This document shows, piece after piece, positions 61,719-64,000 of a DNA stretch of 64,000 nt. The notes under the pieces were generated by a model. It was not told where the DNA came from, did not search any database, and saw only the letters and a program-made list of their open reading frames with translations. This DNA comes from Myxococcales bacterium (GTDB lineage: Bacteria; Myxococcota; B64-G9). Every line of letters starts with the position of its first letter. Position 1 is the first letter of the stretch. The position numbers and the translations under genes are program-made. Location: the NCBI GenBank assembly GCA_012798435.1, contig JAAZNF010000085.1, positions 695 through 64,694 on the forward strand, written 5' to 3'.

Positions 61719-62903
61719 ATGCGGCTCGAAGACATCCAGAAAGCGCTCCAATCCGCTCAGCTCGACGGCTGGTTGTTCTACGACTTTCACAACCGCGACC
61801 CCATCGCCTACCGGGTGCTGGGGTTGGACTATGGAAAATTCACCTCGCGCCGCTGGTTCTACTTCATCCCCGCGCGCGGCGAGCCGGTGAAGCTGGCCCA
61901 CAAGGTGGAGCCGGGCAAGCTGGATTCCCTGCCGGGGACCAAGCGCCTGTACCTGAGCTGGCGCGAGCTGCACCAGAACCTGGCCGAGATCTTGAAGGGC
62001 ACCCGCCGCCTGGCCATGCAGATCTCGCCGCTGGCAGCCATCCCCTACGTGTCCACGGTGGACGCGGGCACGGCCGAGCTGGTGCGCGGCTTCGGTGTGG
62101 AACTGTGCTCCTCGGCCGAGCTGGTGCAGGCCTTCGAGGCGGTAATCGACGAGGCCGGCTACCGCTCCCACCGCGAGGCCGGCGAGAAGATCCATCGCAT
62201 CAAGGACCAGGCCTTCGCCCGCATCGGCGAGGCCCTCAAGAAGGGCCAGAAGCTCACCGAGGTCGAGCTGCAACGTTTCATCCTGCGGCGTTTCAAGGAG
62301 GAGGGGCTCACCTGCATGGGCGAGAACCCCATCGTGGGTATCAACGACCACCCGGCCGACCCGCACTTCGAGCCCACCGAGCAGAACAGCCGGCCCTTCG
62401 CCCGCGGAGACAAGGTGCTCATCGATCTGTGGGCCAAGCTCGAGCGCCCCGGCGCCATCTTCTACGACATCACCTGGTGCGGCTTCATCGGCAAGAGCCC
62501 GCCCGCCAGGTACCAGCAGATCTTCCGCCTGGCCTGCCAGGCGCGTCGGGCGGCGGTGGCGCTGGTGCGGGAGCGTTTCCGCGACAAGAAGAGCTGCTGC
62601 GGCTGGGAGGTAGACGACGCCTGCCGCAAGGTGATCCAGGACGGCGGCTTCGGCGAGTTCTTCATCCACCGCACCGGCCACAGCATCGGCGAGGCGGTGC
62701 ATGGCAACGGCGTGAACATCGACAACCTGGAGACCCGCGACGAGCGCCGCCTGGTCCCGGGGGTGTGCTTCTCCATCGAGCCGGGCATCTACCTGCCCGG
62801 CGAGATGGCGGTGCGCACCGAGATCGACGTGTTCATCACCGCCGCCGGCGAGGTCGAGGTCACCGGCCCCGAGCAGGAGGAACTGATCCTCATCGAGGCC
62901 TGA
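61719..62903 (+). CDS. M24-family metallopeptidase (Xaa-Pro aminopeptidase/prolidase-like)
   Basis: Creatinase-like N-terminal domain plus a pita-bread catalytic domain (HRTGHSIGEAVHG and EPGIYLPGEMAVRTE). Confidence 0.75.
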   Translation: MRLEDIQKALQSAQLDGWLFYDFHNRDPIAYRVLGLDYGKFTSRRWFYFIPARGEPVKLAHKVEPGKLDSLPGTKRLYLSWRELHQNLAEILKGTRRLAMQISPLAAIPYVSTVDAGTAELVRGFGVELCSSAELVQAFEAVIDEAGYRSHREAGEKIHRIKDQAFARIGEALKKGQKLTEVELQRFILRRFKEEGLTCMGENPIVGINDHPADPHFEPTEQNSRPFARGDKVLIDLWAKLERPGAIFYDITWCGFIGKSPPARYQQIFRLACQARRAAVALVRERFRDKKSCCGWEVDDACRKVIQDGGFGEFFIHRTGHSIGEAVHGNGVNIDNLETRDERRLVPGVCFSIEPGIYLPGEMAVRTEIDVFITAAGEVEVTGPEQEELILIEA

Positions 62904-62955
62904 GCGGGATGGAGGCGTTCGGGTCGCGGCCGAGGGCCGCGCCAGGGAGGTCGTC

Positions 62956-64000
62956 ATGCGCAAGTGGTCCGGTCGGCGGAGGACTCGTCTGGTGTGGCTG
63001 GGCGCCCTGGTGCTGTTGGCGCTGGCGGCGGGTTGCGATTGCGGCGGCGGACCCAGCGGCGCGCGGGCCGAGCTGAACGTCGACCGCACCGCGCTCGATT
63101 TCAAGGACGTGGCGCTGGGCTACCCGCGCACCCTCGACCTCACCGTGCATAACACCGGGCGCGCCGGCCTGGTGTTTCGGAACATCGCCTGCGAGAAGGG
63201 CGACCAGGGCTTCGAGGTGGTGGGCGCGCGCGATCCCGTGAGCGGCCAGGTCGGCGAGATCCCCCAGATCGTGGGCATCGACGGGGTGGTGGTGCTGGTG
63301 ATCCGCTACACCCCGGCCTCGGAGGACGCCCAGAACTTCGACACCTTGCACCTCGACACCAACGACAAGGACGCCTGCCCCTCCGACCGCAACCCCTGCC
63401 GCATCCAGCTCAACGGCAACGGTGCTCCGCCCGACGCCGATCTGGCGGTGGTGTGCCAGGAGGACACCGTGTGCCCCGGCGAAGGGGCGCAGAAGACCTG
63501 CCAGGTCACCATGGACTCGGTGAGCTACAGCCACCCGGCCATCGTGACCCTGAACTACTGCGACGTGCCCGCCGGCTCGAGCCTGTCGCGCAACATCAAC
63601 CTCCAAAATGTCGGCAACATCCCGCTCGAACTCGACGGCTTTGCGCTGCTCAACCGCCCGGGCGACTCGGCGGACTTTACGCTGCTGAAACCCACCGCCG
63701 TCAAGATCACCCTGCAGCCGGGCGAGGAGCAGATGCTATCGCTGGCCTTCGCCCCTTCCCAGGAGGGCCCCGCGGCCGGCGGGCTGGACATCCAGACCAA
63801 CGACACCGACATCGTGATGGCCGGCAGCGACCCGGGGTTGTTCAAGGTGCGCTTGCTGGCCATGTCGGCGGAGCCGGACATCGAGGTGTATCCCGAAAAC
63901 ATCCCCTTCACCGGCGTCAACCAGGGGGGCTCGGACACCAAGACGGTGACGTTGCGCAACCGTGGCAGCGGCACGCTGGCGGTGACCGGCCTGGAGGTCA
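62956..64000 (+). CDS. Lipoprotein with repeated ASH/choice-of-anchor-D (PapD-like) beta-sandwich domains; 3' end beyond the window
   Basis: RBS AGGGAGG. Lipobox LLALAAGCDCGG. Repeats of the form ...TLDLTVHNTGRAGLVF... and ...TVTLRNRGSGTLAVTGL.... Confidence 0.55.
   Translation, partial: MRKWSGRRRTRLVWLGALVLLALAAGCDCGGGPSGARAELNVDRTALDFKDVALGYPRTLDLTVHNTGRAGLVFRNIACEKGDQGFEVVGARDPVSGQVGEIPQIVGIDGVVVLVIRYTPASEDAQNFDTLHLDTNDKDACPSDRNPCRIQLNGNGAPPDADLAVVCQEDTVCPGEGAQKTCQVTMDSVSYSHPAIVTLNYCDVPAGSSLSRNINLQNVGNIPLELDGFALLNRPGDSADFTLLKPTAVKITLQPGEEQMLSLAFAPSQEGPAAGGLDIQTNDTDIVMAGSDPGLFKVRLLAMSAEPDIEVYPENIPFTGVNQGGSDTKTVTLRNRGSGTLAVTGLEV

Overview
Reading notes only; no searches or computations were run. 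This 64 kb window is very GC-rich (about 70%) and densely coding on both strands, and I read it as chromosomal Myxococcota (myxobacterial) DNA. The lineage evidence is two secreted proteases ending in MYXO-CTERM-type tails (GC[GS]C, a hydrophobic stretch, then R-rich), a Myxococcus-type cysteine-rich repeat lipoprotein, many lipoprotein signal peptides, two sigma-54 enhancer-binding proteins, and FG-GAP/TSP3 and ASH-type surface proteins. Core housekeeping genes are clearly recognisable: tig-clpP-clpX-lon, cydAB, selA, ispF, cysS, arcC, and two tRNA-Leu genes (anticodons TAA and TAG). There is also a GldA/GldF/GldG-like ABC transporter operon that continues into a DUF4340 protein and a zinc-ribbon/polytopic/TPR membrane protein. 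I found no CRISPR array, transposase, integrase or phage gene. The items I would look at first are: (1) a PilZ (c-di-GMP receptor)-transmembrane-AMIN protein; (2) a MinD/ParA-like ATPase translationally coupled to a protein with a degenerate J-domain (HPD changed to SPD) and a RodZ-like HTH; (3) a NapH-like polyferredoxin coupled to an HgdB-like Fe-S protein; (4) an srkA-arcC-ankyrin-membrane gene string; (5) an operon joining a TPR/beta-barrel protein, an FHA-sigma-54 activator and an N-terminally extended SppA; (6) a 370 bp AT-rich island upstream of an NtrC-like regulator that carries a near-consensus sigma-54 -24/-12 element plus two identical GGCGGGGGGGAAACC repeats; (7) two copies of a roughly 90 bp intergenic repeat that conserves a hairpin with a compensatory-looking stem change, which could be a small structured RNA or a REP-like element. 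Most long antisense ORFs in the six-frame track are GC-driven artefacts. All coordinates, start codons and family assignments are hand-derived and should be rechecked with alignment tools.
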